Shown: piece after piece, positions 49,513 through 62,100 of the stretch
Layout of the letters: every line of letters begins with the position of its first letter
Position numbering within the stretch: position 1 is the stretch's first letter
Source of the DNA: Rhizophagus irregularis
Taxonomy: Eukaryota
Reading direction: 5' to 3'
Length of the DNA stretch: 64,000 nt
Assembly (NCBI RefSeq): GCF_026210795.1
Contig: NC_089434.1
Coordinates: 2,542,001-2,606,000 of the forward strand
Made by a program: the position numbers and the translations under genes
The notes under the pieces: generated by a model
Told to the model about the DNA's origin: nothing
The model's input: only the letters and a program-made list of their open reading frames with translations
Databases searched by the model: none

Positions 49513-50620
49513 TCATTTATCTGTTTCATCTTCTGTTTCCGGTGATTCTTCTACTCCCATTGGTTCTGATTTTTCCATTCCCGTTAGTTCTGAATCTTCT
49601 ATTACAACTATTTCGTCTATTTCTGCTGACACTTCCGCATCTTCTGCCATTATTAGATTCTTCATCGTTTGAATTGGCATTTCCAACTCAGAAAAGTCAG
49701 TATCGGCCAGCATATTCTGCTCCACATAGGTCCAATTTGGAGCACCTCGTAGATGACGAGAGACGATATTATATATCTCATCATCATAATTTCACATTCG
49801 TATCAATTGTGCAGATTGAAGAGAGAAAGCGTATTATTCCAAGACATTTCGTAATAAATCTATTAACTATTATTAGAAAAAAAATCAATCCTATTACGAA
49901 AAAAATAAAATAAATAAAAAATAAAAAATAAAAAATGCGACAAATAAGTTATCGAACCTCTTCAGATCTCCAAGACGGATTATAAACATTGATATGTCTT
50001 TTACCGTCTGGTTGCTCCTCATCTGATTCAGAATACTCTGGAGAGTGATATCGGTTGTCACTTAAAGTTCTTATCGATCATAATTCTCCAGTTTTTCATC
50101 ATTTTTGTCGAAAAGCGATTTTACGCCTTTAACTCGATGTGCCTTTTTCTATATTTAAAGTTTTGACAAATGATGAGATTTTTTTTTTTGAAATAATAAA
50201 GAAATTATTTACCTCATTTAACTGATTGTTTTGATGTAGACGGTGATTATCTTTGTCTAAAGTGCCACGTTGTTTATATAACAAGTGCACTCTGCGATGT
50301 TTATATAAAGCGGAGAGCCAAGATTTGACTTGCCTGTATTGTGAAGTATACCTTGGCTTTATTGCTTCAATTAGTCGAGGTATAACCTGTTGAAGAATTT
50401 TATCATTCAACTCACTGGTAAACTTTTCATCGTATTTTAATTCTAGTTCAATCAGAAAAGTTTTTAGAATCGTCTTCATCTTGGCCTAAATTGTACAAAA
50501 TATCAGTTTAGCGAACGTTAAAAGCATACATTGAAAGAGGATTTTTGGATGAACCCTGGCTTCTTCTTCATCTACTTCCATTTCATCTTCAGAATCGCGC
50601 ACAAGATTTTTTCCTTTCCT
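49513..50620 (-). pseudogene. Intron-containing accessory gene typical of fungal CACTA elements
   Basis: Exons give VKSWLSALYKHRR...NQLNE|KKARRVKG...YHSPEYSESDEE...NPSWRSEE; CACTG terminus candidate at 48579. Confidence 0.45.
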
Positions 50621-50727
50621 ACACTTTGTTGGTTGTTAATCCTCTTTAAATTCGATATCTTGAAGGTCAGATGAATGTCAGTGACACAAGCGATCATTTT
50701 CCTGACTAAGTATATTGTTATACGATT

Positions 50728-53465
50728 CACTAGTCGAAATAAGGCAAATCAGAAATAAGGCAAATCGTCCTTATTTCGGCTAAATTTCGGCTAATAATTG
50801 ACGATCGTCTGTATATCAGGTGACATTTGGCATAGCCGATTTCCGATTTCACTAGTCAAAAAAGGCCAGCTTATATTCAATTAAAAATTCAACTATGATC
50901 TACGATTAGACATTGGTCGAATAGTCTAATTAAACGTCACATGTTACGCGTATCAAAGTTTAAAAAAGGATCTTTTTTAAACTTTCCCCTTTCATCCCTT
51001 CCTTTCACTTCACTTCGTCCCTATTTTCCCCTGTCCTTTCGTCCTTCCTCTCCCTTCCCCTATTATCCTTTCCTTTCCCTTTCGTCCTTCCTTGCTTCCC
51101 TTTCACTCTCCCCCTTTTCTCACACCTTTCTTCCGCCTCTTTTTCTTGGAAGTAATGTAAGTTTCATTTCGAAACTTACATATTTTTTTTTTAATTTTTT
51201 TTTTTTAATTTAAGAAATGAATTTCTTTATATTGTTTTTTTTTGTAGGATGCCAGCTTTAACACAAAACTGGACTTTAAGGTAAAAAATGGGAAAGTGAA
51301 GTTTTGTTAATTTAAGAAACGAACTAATGTTTCTTTTCATTATTTTTTTTTGTAGGACGCATAGGAGGACGCCGGCTTTAACACAAAACCGGACTTTAAG
51401 GTAAAAAATGGGGAAAGGGGGAAGGGGAAAAGGATTTAAAACCAAGATTCTTAAGAATCTTAGTTTTTATTTTTTTTAATATTTCAGAACGGTTACTAAC
51501 CGTTCCTTTCTTTTTTATAGATTTCGGGCAGGCTTCCTAGTTCCGAAGAATGGAAAAGAACCAAGATTCGTAAGTAAACGAATCTTGGTTTAATTTTTTT
51601 TGTTTTTTTTTGTAATATTAATGAACGGTTACTAATAACCGTTTTTTCTTTATTATTTTAGGTTCGGGTTGACTTCTGAGTTCCGAAGAACAGAAAGAAC
51701 CAAGTTTTGTAAGTACAAGTACGAAACTTGGTTTATTTTTTATTTTATTTTTTTTCCTATTATATGAATGGTTACTAACCGTTCCTTTCTTTTTCTTATA
51801 GGTTCAGCCGTTTGGGTGAGTTTCTGAAGAACGGAAAAAAACTAAGATTATGTACTACGAATCTTGGTTTTTTTCTTCTTTTTTTAATATTTGGAATGGT
51901 TATTACTAACCGTTCTTCTTCTTTTATTTTTTATAGGTTCGGTGTCTCAGGAGGGGCTTCCGAGTTCCGAAGAACAGAAAAAAAACCAAGATTTGTAAGT
52001 ATATATAAATCATGGTTTTAATTTTGTTTTTTTTTAATTTTATTAATGAACGGTTACTAATAACCGTTTTTTCTTTTTTTAGGTTTGCGAGTTCTGAAGA
52101 ATGGAAAAGAACCAAGATTCATAAGTATATACGAATCTTGGTTTTAATTTTTTTGTTTTGTTTAACTTTATTAATGAACGGTTACTAATAACCGTTCTTT
52201 TCTTTTTTTAGGTTCAGGTGGGCTTCCGATCTTTGGAAAAAGTGGAACCAAGATTCGTAAGTAAGTACGAATCTTGGTTTAATTTTTTTTATTATTATTA
52301 TTATGAATGGTTACTAATAACCATTCTTTTCTTTTTTTTAGGATCGGGTGGATTTTTGAATTCTGAAGTACGGAAAAGAACCAAGATTCGTAAGTATATA
52401 CGAATCTTGGTTTAATTTTTTTTATTATTATTATTATGAACGGTTACTAATAACCGTTCTTTTTTAGGATCAGGTGGATTTTTGAATTCTGAAGTACAGA
52501 AAAGAACCAAGATTCGTAAGTATATACGAATCTTGGTTTAATTTATTATTATTATTATTATGAACGGTTACTAATAACCGTTCTTTTCTTTTTTTTAGGA
52601 TCGGGTGGATTTTCAAATTCCGAAGTATGGAAAAGAACCAAGATTCGTAAGTATATACGAATCTTGGTTTTGTTTTTGTTTTTTTTTTATTATTTGGAAC
52701 GGTTTACTAACTGTTCCTTTCTTTTATTTTTTAGGTTTCAGGTTGAATTCCGAAGATCGGAAGAAAAGGAACCAAGATTCGTAAGTAAGTACGAATCTTA
52801 ATTTATTTTTTATTTTTATTTTTTATTATTTTGGAACGGGTACTAACCGTTCCTTTCTTTTATTTTATAGGTTCGGGTGGACTTTCAAGTTCCGGAGAAC
52901 GGAAAAAGATTAAGATTCGTAGGTATATACAAATCTTGGTTAAATTTTTTTTATTAATATTAATGAACGGTTACTAATAACCGTTCTTTTCTTTTTTTTA
53001 TAGATTTGGGTGGATTTCCGACGAATGGATGAACTAAAACCAAGATTCGTAAGTACGAATCATGGTTTATTTTATTATTATTATTTTATTATATTTTTGA
53101 ATTAGAAATATTTATTTGTAATTTAGATAGATGCTAATAATAATAATGTAATTATAAAGTTTTTAAGCATTTAATTAATAAATACATTTAATAAATTTGA
53201 TAATAAAAATTGAAATAAATTCAGAAAAAAATAGTCTGATTTTTGTCCGATTTAAGTTCTGAAGTACATCTGATTGACTGTCCGAATTTAGTATGATTTA
53301 ATTCTGATTTATGTCCGATTTAAGTTCCGAAGTACATCTGATTGGCAGTCAATCGGATAACAATCGGAATATATTTTTTTTGTAAAAATCAGATATATTT
53401 CAGCCGTAATTTGACCTAAAATCGGATATCCGATTTTTAGCCAATTTGCCTTATTTCGACTAGTG
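50728..53465. mobile_element. Non-autonomous CACTA element carrying micro-exon/intron array family A (51150-53070, plus strand)
   Basis: 22-bp TIR CACTAGTCGAAATAAGGCAAAT; TSD ATT at 50725-50727 and 53466-53468. Confidence 0.95.
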
Positions 53466-53609
53466 ATTGTAATTGGCCAATGTCTAGCCATAGGTCACGC
53501 AACTCGCCATTTGCATTATCGAGTTGCCAATTTAATTCATTGATTCTTTCCCGTAAGTAGGTATTTTCTTCTCAGAGATCATACGTATCTAAAAAAACGT
53601 TAAAGTCGA

Positions 53610-54290
53610 CTAGAACTCTAAAATGAATACAAAAGTCAATTGTAGCTCACCATTTACATCTCTAGTCCAATTACTACTATAAGGTTCACATATAATTGGC
53701 GTTAATTCTCTCCTATATGGTTCGGCAGTGCGTACATTGCTTCTATACGGTTTGGCAATGCGTACATTGCTCCTATATGGTTCGGTAGTGTGTGTAATGG
53801 ATGTTAATTCCCTATGTATATTGCTCCTATACAGTTCGGTGGTGTGTGTAATGGACGTTAATTCCCTATGTACATTGCTCCTATACGGTTTGGCTGTGCG
53901 TGTAATAGTCATTAATTTCCTATGTACAGTTACATTACGAATTGGTAGTACCATCCTGCTTTGTTGCGAGTATAAGCTGAATGGTACCACTAAGCGAAAT
54001 GGCTTATTATCTTCTGAAGCTTCTGATATTGACATTTATTTTTGAGTTTTGGTAGAACTGAAACCAGAAGCTGCAGATTCCTGTTTTGACACTTGTTTTT
54101 GAGTTTTGGTAAAACCAGAACTGAAAGCTGCGGATTCCTGTTTCAATGCTTATTTTTGAGTTTTGATAGAACTGGAACTGGAAGCTGCAGATTGTTGTTT
54201 CGATATCGATATTTGTTTGGAAGAATCGGAACTTACAAATTCCTGTGAAGAAGTTTGTTTGTGAGACTCTTGACGACTTTTTCGACACTT
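53610..54290 (-). pseudogene. Repeat-rich ORF of unknown function with two in-frame stops
   Basis: One frame reads KQ(Q/E)SAA...KTQK x3 then HRELTSITHTTEPYRSNV repeats; TAA stands where the sister repeat has CAA. Confidence 0.45.
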
Positions 54291-54659
54291 TTTTTTCCAG
54301 ATCGTTTCATTCTTTATAGAGATTTTAATAAACAGAAGAATAGTAAAATTAGTAAATAAAGTAGAACTTTCTTTCAAAATAACAAAAAATATTGTTCGAT
54401 TTATATAAAGTTACGTTTGACAATCAATATAAAAATGTATTGCAGATTTTATAAAAATTTTATAAAAATTATGAAAATTGTTTATTGAAAAAATAAAATT
54501 ATTTTTGCGAAAAAAATTCAATTGATGGAGCTTTATAAATTCAAAATTCAAAATAAGCTTTCCTGGAAAAAAGTCTATTTGATAAAAATAAAACTGAAAT
54601 TTGATTTAAAAGTTAATTAATTGTTAAAAAAAGTTTAATCAAAATTAGACTTATTACTT

Positions 54660-55450
54660 TTATCAAATCAATTACTAACAGATCAAATTTAACCAAAATT
54701 TTCAAATTAAAAAAATTCTTATGATTGAAAATTTAATTAATCAAAATCTCGAAATTAAACTTTTATTAAATCAATTACTAACAAATCAAATTTAACTGAA
54801 ATTTTCAAATTAAAAAAAATTCTCATGATTGAAAATTTAATTAATCAAAATCTCAAAATTAAACTTTTATTAAATCAATTACTAACAGATTAAATTTAAC
54901 CAAAATTTTCAAACTAAAAAAAATTCTCATGATTGAAAATTTAATTAATCGAAATCTCGAAATTAAACTTCTGAATTAAATTTAACCAAAATTTTCAAAT
55001 TAAAAAAAATTCTCATGATTGAAAATTTAATTAATCAAAATCTCAAAATTAAACTTTTATTAAATCAAGAAAAAATGTATTTGTAACAGCCTATTACATA
55101 TTTTATTTGTAACATCCTTTTTTTATTTTTTTTTAATAATAAATTTAATGTGTTTCACAAATAAAATTTTTATATGCAAAATTTAATTTGGAAAACTTTT
55201 ACTTAATGTATTTAAGACAGTTTCATAAACAAAATTTTAAGTTATAAGCAGTTTCTTGAAAAATTCTTTTGTCTTAGTTATACGACTGATCTTTTGTTTT
55301 TGTTTACATTACACCTGATCTTAAATTTTAATTGGATAAAATTGGGGTTGTTACAAATAAGACGCGTAACAGGCTGTTACAATTAAATTTATCCTTAAAT
55401 CAATTACTAACGGATCAAATTTAACCAAAATTTTCAAATTAAAAAAAAAT
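54660..55450. repeat. ~104-bp tandem repeat interrupted by a MITE
   Basis: aatcaattactaacagatcaaatttaaccaaaattttcaaatt recurs 4-5 times. Confidence 0.85.
55069..55394. mobile_element. MULE-like MITE
   Basis: TIR core ttgtaacagcct; 9-bp TSD TTAAATCAA at 55060-55068 and 55395-55403. Confidence 0.8.
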
Positions 55451-55560
55451 TTCATAAAATTTTAATTTTCAAGAGAAAAATTGACTTCATTTGTCAAAGT
55501 TTCGTTAAATTTTAAAGTACATATTAATTATAACCGATTCTTTATCAAATTTTATAAAAC

Positions 55561-56543
55561 ATGACGAGAAGAAAATCGATTATTAATCAAATAATGGGTT
55601 TGAAAAGGATAGCAAACTGACTATCTTTTAGAAGGTTTAGCAAAAAAAGAACTAAAGTCCCTTATTATTGTGAGTTTGTGACAAATGTAATGGAAAACTG
55701 GTTATAACACGAACCAAAATGCTTCACGAAGCGGCAGAAAACACAACTGACTCGAATCTTAATAGTGATTTGGCTTTATTGTTACTAATTAATAAAGAAG
55801 AGGATTTAACAATAACTTCGTTAGAAGAAAATATGATAAATGAAGATATTTTGGTACCTCCAAATGAAGAGATTTTGGTAATAACTTCTTTAGAAGAAGA
55901 TTCGACAACAATTCCATTAAATGAAAAAGATAATTCGACAACTCCAGAATACAATAAAAACGAATATATTTTTTTACCTCAAAGAAGTACAAGAAGCTAC
56001 GCAAATTGCCCACAAATTATGCTTGAACATTCAGGAACAGAAGATTTGAGCAATTCTGATTATGAACAACATACTGATACTTCTTCTTCTGATGGCAATG
56101 AGTCAGATGATGAAACTTTTGCCGATACTTTTGAAAATTATTCACTGCCAGATTTTAAATCATATCAAGAGGAAGAAAAAATGACAATCAATGATAAATT
56201 TTCATAGATTTTATTATGGATAATGACCTTTCGAAAAAAGTTCAATCTCCCTGAAATAGCGACCAAATCTCAACTAAAATTCATAAAAATAGTGTTAAAA
56301 GAAATCGGTAAAGATATTTACGATAGCTTTCCTGACTCTCTATATCTGGCAAGAATTCAACTTGGCCTGAAAGATCATTTCCATAGTTTTGTGCCATGTC
56401 CAAAATGTCATAAATTATATAATAAAACAGACATGGACGAAATTTAAAAAAATGACAGTATCAGTATCATAAGATGCAGTCACGTCAAATTTCCAAATTT
56501 TGCGTCTTGAAGGAGGGCCTCTGAATATACTATTAAAAACCTT
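55561..56543 (+). pseudogene. N-terminal part of a CACTA/EnSpm transposase
   Basis: ILLWIMTFRKKFNLP...FPDSLYLAR..LG...CPKCHKLY...CSHVKFP is typical of the region preceding the Transposase_21 core; stops; truncated by MITE and LINE. Confidence 0.65.
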
Positions 56544-56837
56544 CACTGGTCAAAAACCAATATATCGGGTAGCAGATATGTATCAGATATGTACCCGATA
56601 TGTGTAGTATTAATGCAGAAAATCGGGTACCCGATATGTAAAGATACGTGTAAATATATATATCATATACATATCGGGTACCGATATGTATATGATATGT
56701 AAACGATATGTAGACGATATATATATTTACACATATCTTACACATATCGGGTACCCGATTTTCTGCATTAATACTACACATATCGGGTACATATCTGATA
56801 CATATCTGCTACCCGATATATTGGTTTTTGACTAGTA
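56544..56837. mobile_element. CACTG-terminal foldback MITE
   Basis: ~95-bp near-perfect inverted arms starting cactggtcaaaaaccaatatatcgggtagcag; the right end abuts the LINE. Confidence 0.85.
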
Positions 56838-56979
56838 GTGACCAGTAGTAACTCTCTCCTGAATTTTTCAAAAACGAAAATTTCTGACGAAAATAATTTT
56901 TTTATTATTTTTAAAAAAATAATACAAGCTACTAATAAAATTTTATATTTTATATATTCCCAACTCAAAGCCCTCTACT

Positions 56980-59107
56980 ATGTCTGGTAACTATGCCAAG
57001 AGAGGCCGTGGAAGTCATAACCCTAACAGTAGGAAAGCTTCCCGTCAAGAACGAAAAAATAATAATAACTCCGATAACTCAAGCTCTGATGGCGAAAACA
57101 CTATCCAGCAAAAGCGTAATCGTACATTTACCGAAAATTCTATGGAAGAAGACTACGTTGCCGATGACCAGACGGCTGACGTTGGAGTAGATGGACTTTC
57201 CTCTTCTCCTCAACAAAATATCTCTGGCGAAAATACTTCAACCTCCTCCCTGAAAAAATCTGCTGCGCCAACTGCACCCAGTCACGTCGCGTCTTCTGGA
57301 AATGTGGACGCGTCCATGCATGCACCTTTAAACAAAGACTTGCAACAACCCCCTAATGCGTCACCCAATTTGGATACCAATGGTGCTCCAGATGATGATC
57401 AAACTCCAGATCCAGTGGTGACCCTCGCCATAACCAGAGATGATTTTCAGGCTGCGGCTGCGCCGAATGCTGCCCCTGAATCTCTTAAGAAATTCCCTAC
57501 CAATAAAGCCCTTATTGAGGCTGTTAATAACCTTTTTTTAGAAACTTACGAGTCTTTTACTGGAAAAGCACGTATGACTGGCTCTGGTGAAGCCAAACGC
57601 CTCGTTATCCACTTCCATACCGCTGAAGCACGCGATTTGTGCGTTGGTTCCACTCATCCTGAATTCCTTGACTTAATCTTTTATGCACATGACCTTCGCC
57701 AACTCCGATCTAATAAAGATCTCCGGGCTATCCAAGTTACTGATATCCCTTTCTTCATTAAAAAAGACAACCTCATGGCTTATTTTAAAAAATTTGGTAA
57801 TATCACCTCTTGCCGCCTCTTCTCCAGGCCTAATGCCAAAGTCCAGCAAGCCCGCATTGTGTATGATCACGCCGATTCAATTGCTCGTTTTACTGACCAA
57901 TAGGCCGTGTACAGTGTACTGTTTCTCCACCTGCCTCAGAATTACTCCATGTTTCTATACTGTGGATCAAAAGGCTGCGCGCCGTCAATACGTTGCCACC
58001 CTCACTCAACTTCCTCCCAATGTTAAGGATATCAACTTGGCTCCTCTTACCCGTAACCTTGGCGCTAAGGCTGTCAATGTTCCACTTTTTTTAAATTCTT
58101 ACAAACCCAAAAGATGGGCTTACGTCACCTTTAACTCCCAAGAAACCATGGATGCTGCTATGGAACAGACTGTCAGCTTCCAAGGCAAAGTGCTTTTCTG
58201 GTCCTTCCCAGATAATACCAATAAACTTTGTCACAGATGTGGCAAATTAGGTTGCGCTCCAAATTTTTGCCCACTTAAACAAACCAGAGGTAGAAGTCGC
58301 ACTCGCGACCCTGTAGCAAAACTCAAAGAACGATTTAATGTCAATCAACCTCGCCGCTCCAATTCTAATGCTGCTAATACACGTTCTCACTCCCGATCTC
58401 GCTCAAAATCCAAAGATCGATCTACTACGATTCCGGACGTGCTAATAACAGTTCTCATGACCGCAATAATAATGTTAATAATCATAACATACACAATCCC
58501 AATACCTCCCAACGTGCTCGGCATAATAGCAAAGAACAATCAGTCTCTTTTTCTTCCTCTTCTCGTTCTACCGCACGTCCCTTGCCCCGACAAACTCCTA
58601 ATTCTGCATTATCTTCTGATGATGCTAATAATATTTTAAATCTCTTACGTGAATTGCAATGCGAAGTCGCTAATTTTCACAAACGCATTTCCGCTTCGAA
58701 CTTGCTGACCAAAGGATGACTCATATTGAATCACACCTTGGCCTTGATCCGCTTTCTACACCTAATGAACCTGACTTGGATCTCATGCAAGAAGATGCTC
58801 CTATATCTCATGTTCCGCTTATTATTCAGCCTTCCGCTAAATCTCCTTTACCCCCAGAAGTATTTTAACGCGACCTCCGCCTCCTACTATTCTTGTTCCT
58901 AACACGTCGCCCCCTCCTTCTCACCTTTTCCCAAATGCTCCTTCTTTTACCCCTATCTCCTCCACGCAAGAAGAAATTAACGATCTCAAAAATAGTAGAG
59001 TCGTTATTGAAAGTAAATTGGACCAACTCACTGGTCATATCAAACAATTCATTAGCTCCATTGGTGGTGCTCCCCTGGAACAAGCTGATTCAGCTTCTTC
59101 TGTTTAA
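56980..59107 (+). pseudogene. LINE ORF1: RRM-like domains plus zinc knuckle
   Basis: IQVTDIPFFIKKDNLMAYFKKFGNI, WAYVTF, CHRCGKLG; RS-rich tail; stop at 57901 and frameshifts. Confidence 0.85.
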
Positions 59108-59157
59108 TTTTCTTCTTCAAATTTTAACTCCCCGACTGTTTTTATCATCGTGTTTTA

Positions 59158-62100
59158 ATGTCAGACAATAATTTTAATTATGATACCTTTGTACGAAACC
59201 CTCCCAACCCCGATAATGTTACTGAAATTTTTTCACATGAATCCTTATTTTCTTCTTCTAGTAACACTTCTCCTATCCCTAACTCATTTAATATTTCCTC
59301 CTTCAATGTTAATGGCCTTAAAATGTATGGTCAGACTAAATTAGAAGAAATTTCTTCTTTTTTCTCCTTAAAACATATTTCCTTTGGTGGTATCGTTGAT
59401 ACTCATCTCCACCCTAAACAAATGAAGTTTTTATCCAAATGTCTTTCTAATTATACTGTGTTTTCCTCGAATTTGGATACTTCTAAACAAATTCTTTCTT
59501 CTTGGTGTTTCCTTTTTATAGAAAATTCTCGCTTCATACGTACAAGATTTTAAATTCCATTCTTCACGACTGCTTTCTGTTGATTTATATTTCAAAGGCA
59601 ATGTTAAATTGCGTATATTTGTTATTTATATCCCTCCCCCTGCTGAAAGTATTTTGCGCACTGATACTATTGATTTGCTTATTCAACAACTTATCCTTTC
59701 TAAACAAGCTGGTTTTTATCATGCTGTTTGTGGCGATTTTAATATGCATTTAGATAAATATTATCCTATTTATTTTAATCAACCCCAAATTGCTTCAAAA
59801 CATATACATCGACTACTTTTTCATCTCCTTTCTCATGGTTATAAAGATTTTACACCTATTAATCTTTCTGACTCTTTAGGTACCTTTCATCGCAATGACC
59901 ACGTTACTCGTGTTGATTATGTATGGTCCTGCCCTCTTCTCAAAGGATTTGCTCTTACTGCTTGTATTTTTAATGCTCAAGACATCTGCACATCTGATCA
60001 TAACCCTGTCATCACATATTATGATATGTCTTTACTTTTTGCCTCTACCAAATTGGCTCGCGCTCGTCAACTTAAGCGCCAAACCCGTCGCGTCTTCAAA
60101 TTTGATTCTGTAACTGATACTCAATGGACGGAATTCGCTGACAAAGCTGATGCTTTATGTGATGTTTCACCTTCAACCTTTTCCTCCTGGCATATCAACC
60201 AAATGTGCGAATATCTTCAATCACGAATCCTCAAAGCTGCCAACGCTACTTTACCTTCTTCTATTGTTGGCAACAATTACACTCCTAAGGTCCCTAAAGA
60301 TCTCGAAATTTTAACTCAACATTATTGGTTTTTAAATCGCCTAATGCATTCGATACGTTTATTGCGCAAATATCCTTTAACTTATTCTGTTGTTCATGAA
60401 CATAAGTGGTCTATACATTTGCATAGACTTCAAAACATTCTTCAATTATACAAAAAAGTCTTTACTTTCATTCCTACTTTGCCCTCTTCTCTCTCATCAT
60501 GTCGACAAGACAATTTCAAGTCACTTCTTGATGATTTCTCCCATATTTCAAAATGCTTACGGGATTTCATTTACTTCAAGAAAAAGAATTCCAAGACTCC
60601 TCCATCCGTGCTCACTTGGACGATAGGAATAATAATTTTGAAACTGACCTTTCCTCCTTTATTGATTCAGCGCTTTCTCGCACCCGTCGCCGTATCACTT
60701 TGGACCGTGTCTTCATCGATCATCCTACTCAACCTCAGTTGCTAACTGATCCTAAGGACATAGATGATGCTGTTGTTAACCATTTCCAAAATTTTGTACC
60801 TATAAAGTCCACTCTTCCTGTATCTATTGATACACTACCTGATAGATGGTCTTCTGCCTATCAACCTATGGATGATGTGTCCTCCTCCATCTATGATTCT
60901 TTAATGAATCCCCCTACCCTTGATGAATGGTTATCCACCGTTTCTTCTACTCCTAACGGTAAAGCCTCTGGTCCTTCCATGATTACCTATGAAATGCTCA
61001 AACATCTCGGATCTCGTACCTCGGCTTTACTCCTCATTTTAATTCAAGCATGCCTTTCCAAAGCTGATATTCCTGACTTATGGTGACAAGCAATGGTTTT
61101 TCCCATCCCCAAACCTCACGAATGGAAGTGTCAATTAAAAAATACTCGCCCTATTACCCTACTTGAAGTGATTAGGAAATCTCTTGTCAAACTTTTTTAT
61201 AATCGCCTTTCTACCATTATGGCTTCACATGATGTCCCTAAAGGTGGTAACTTCGCTGGTCTTCCTGGAGGTTCTTGTTCTTTGCGAACCCTATTATTAC
61301 TTTAGAATCTATTATCCATGATGCTGATATCAACAAAAACCCACTTTGGATTCTTTTCCAAGATATTTCTAAAGCTTTTGATTCAGTTGATCTAACGATG
61401 TTACGTTTCGCTTTAGAACGTATACGTCTTCCAGCCTCCGCTGTTAAGTTTATCCTTTCCCTTTTATGAAACGCACTAATCGCGTTTTCACCTGCTCATG
61501 GATCTACGCCTGCCTATAGGGTTCGCATTGGTATTGACCAAGGCGAAGTTATTTCTCCTCTTTTATGGGTCATTTATATTGATCCCTTACTTACTATTCT
61601 GAAGAATGAGATGATGGACCCTTATGTTCTTTCTACACCGTCTTTAATTGATTCTTCAAGCTGCTCTTGATTTGAAGATTAATAATTTAGTATTTATGGA
61701 TGACTCTACTCTTATTTCCTCGTCAAAAGCTGGCATGGAATTTATGTTATCCATTACTGAAGAATTTTATCAGATCAATAACACTTCTGCCAATCATAAC
61801 AAATATGTGTTAATCACTAATTCGTTGCCTTTGACTCCGAATTCCACTTTATCCCCTATCACTTTTAATTTGGATTTATCCTCTTTAAATAGTGTTCCTT
61901 CCATTACTATTACCCCAATTTCCATGACAACTTCTTTTCGTTTTTTAGGTGTTTGGTTTAACATTAAGAGCTCCCATGATTTTGTCAAGAAGCAACTCAA
62001 ACGTGAATGCTGCTCCTTTGCTGCGACCATCCGACCCGCAAAGCTCTCTTCTAAACAAGTCGTGTATTTATATAATGCTGTTCTTGTACCAAAACTTGAA

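Noticed and set aside
51150..53070. CRISPR-like array (palindromic repeats at regular spacing)
   Set aside because: The intervening segments are homologous to each other rather than unique spacers, there are no cas genes, and the context is eukaryotic with splice signals.
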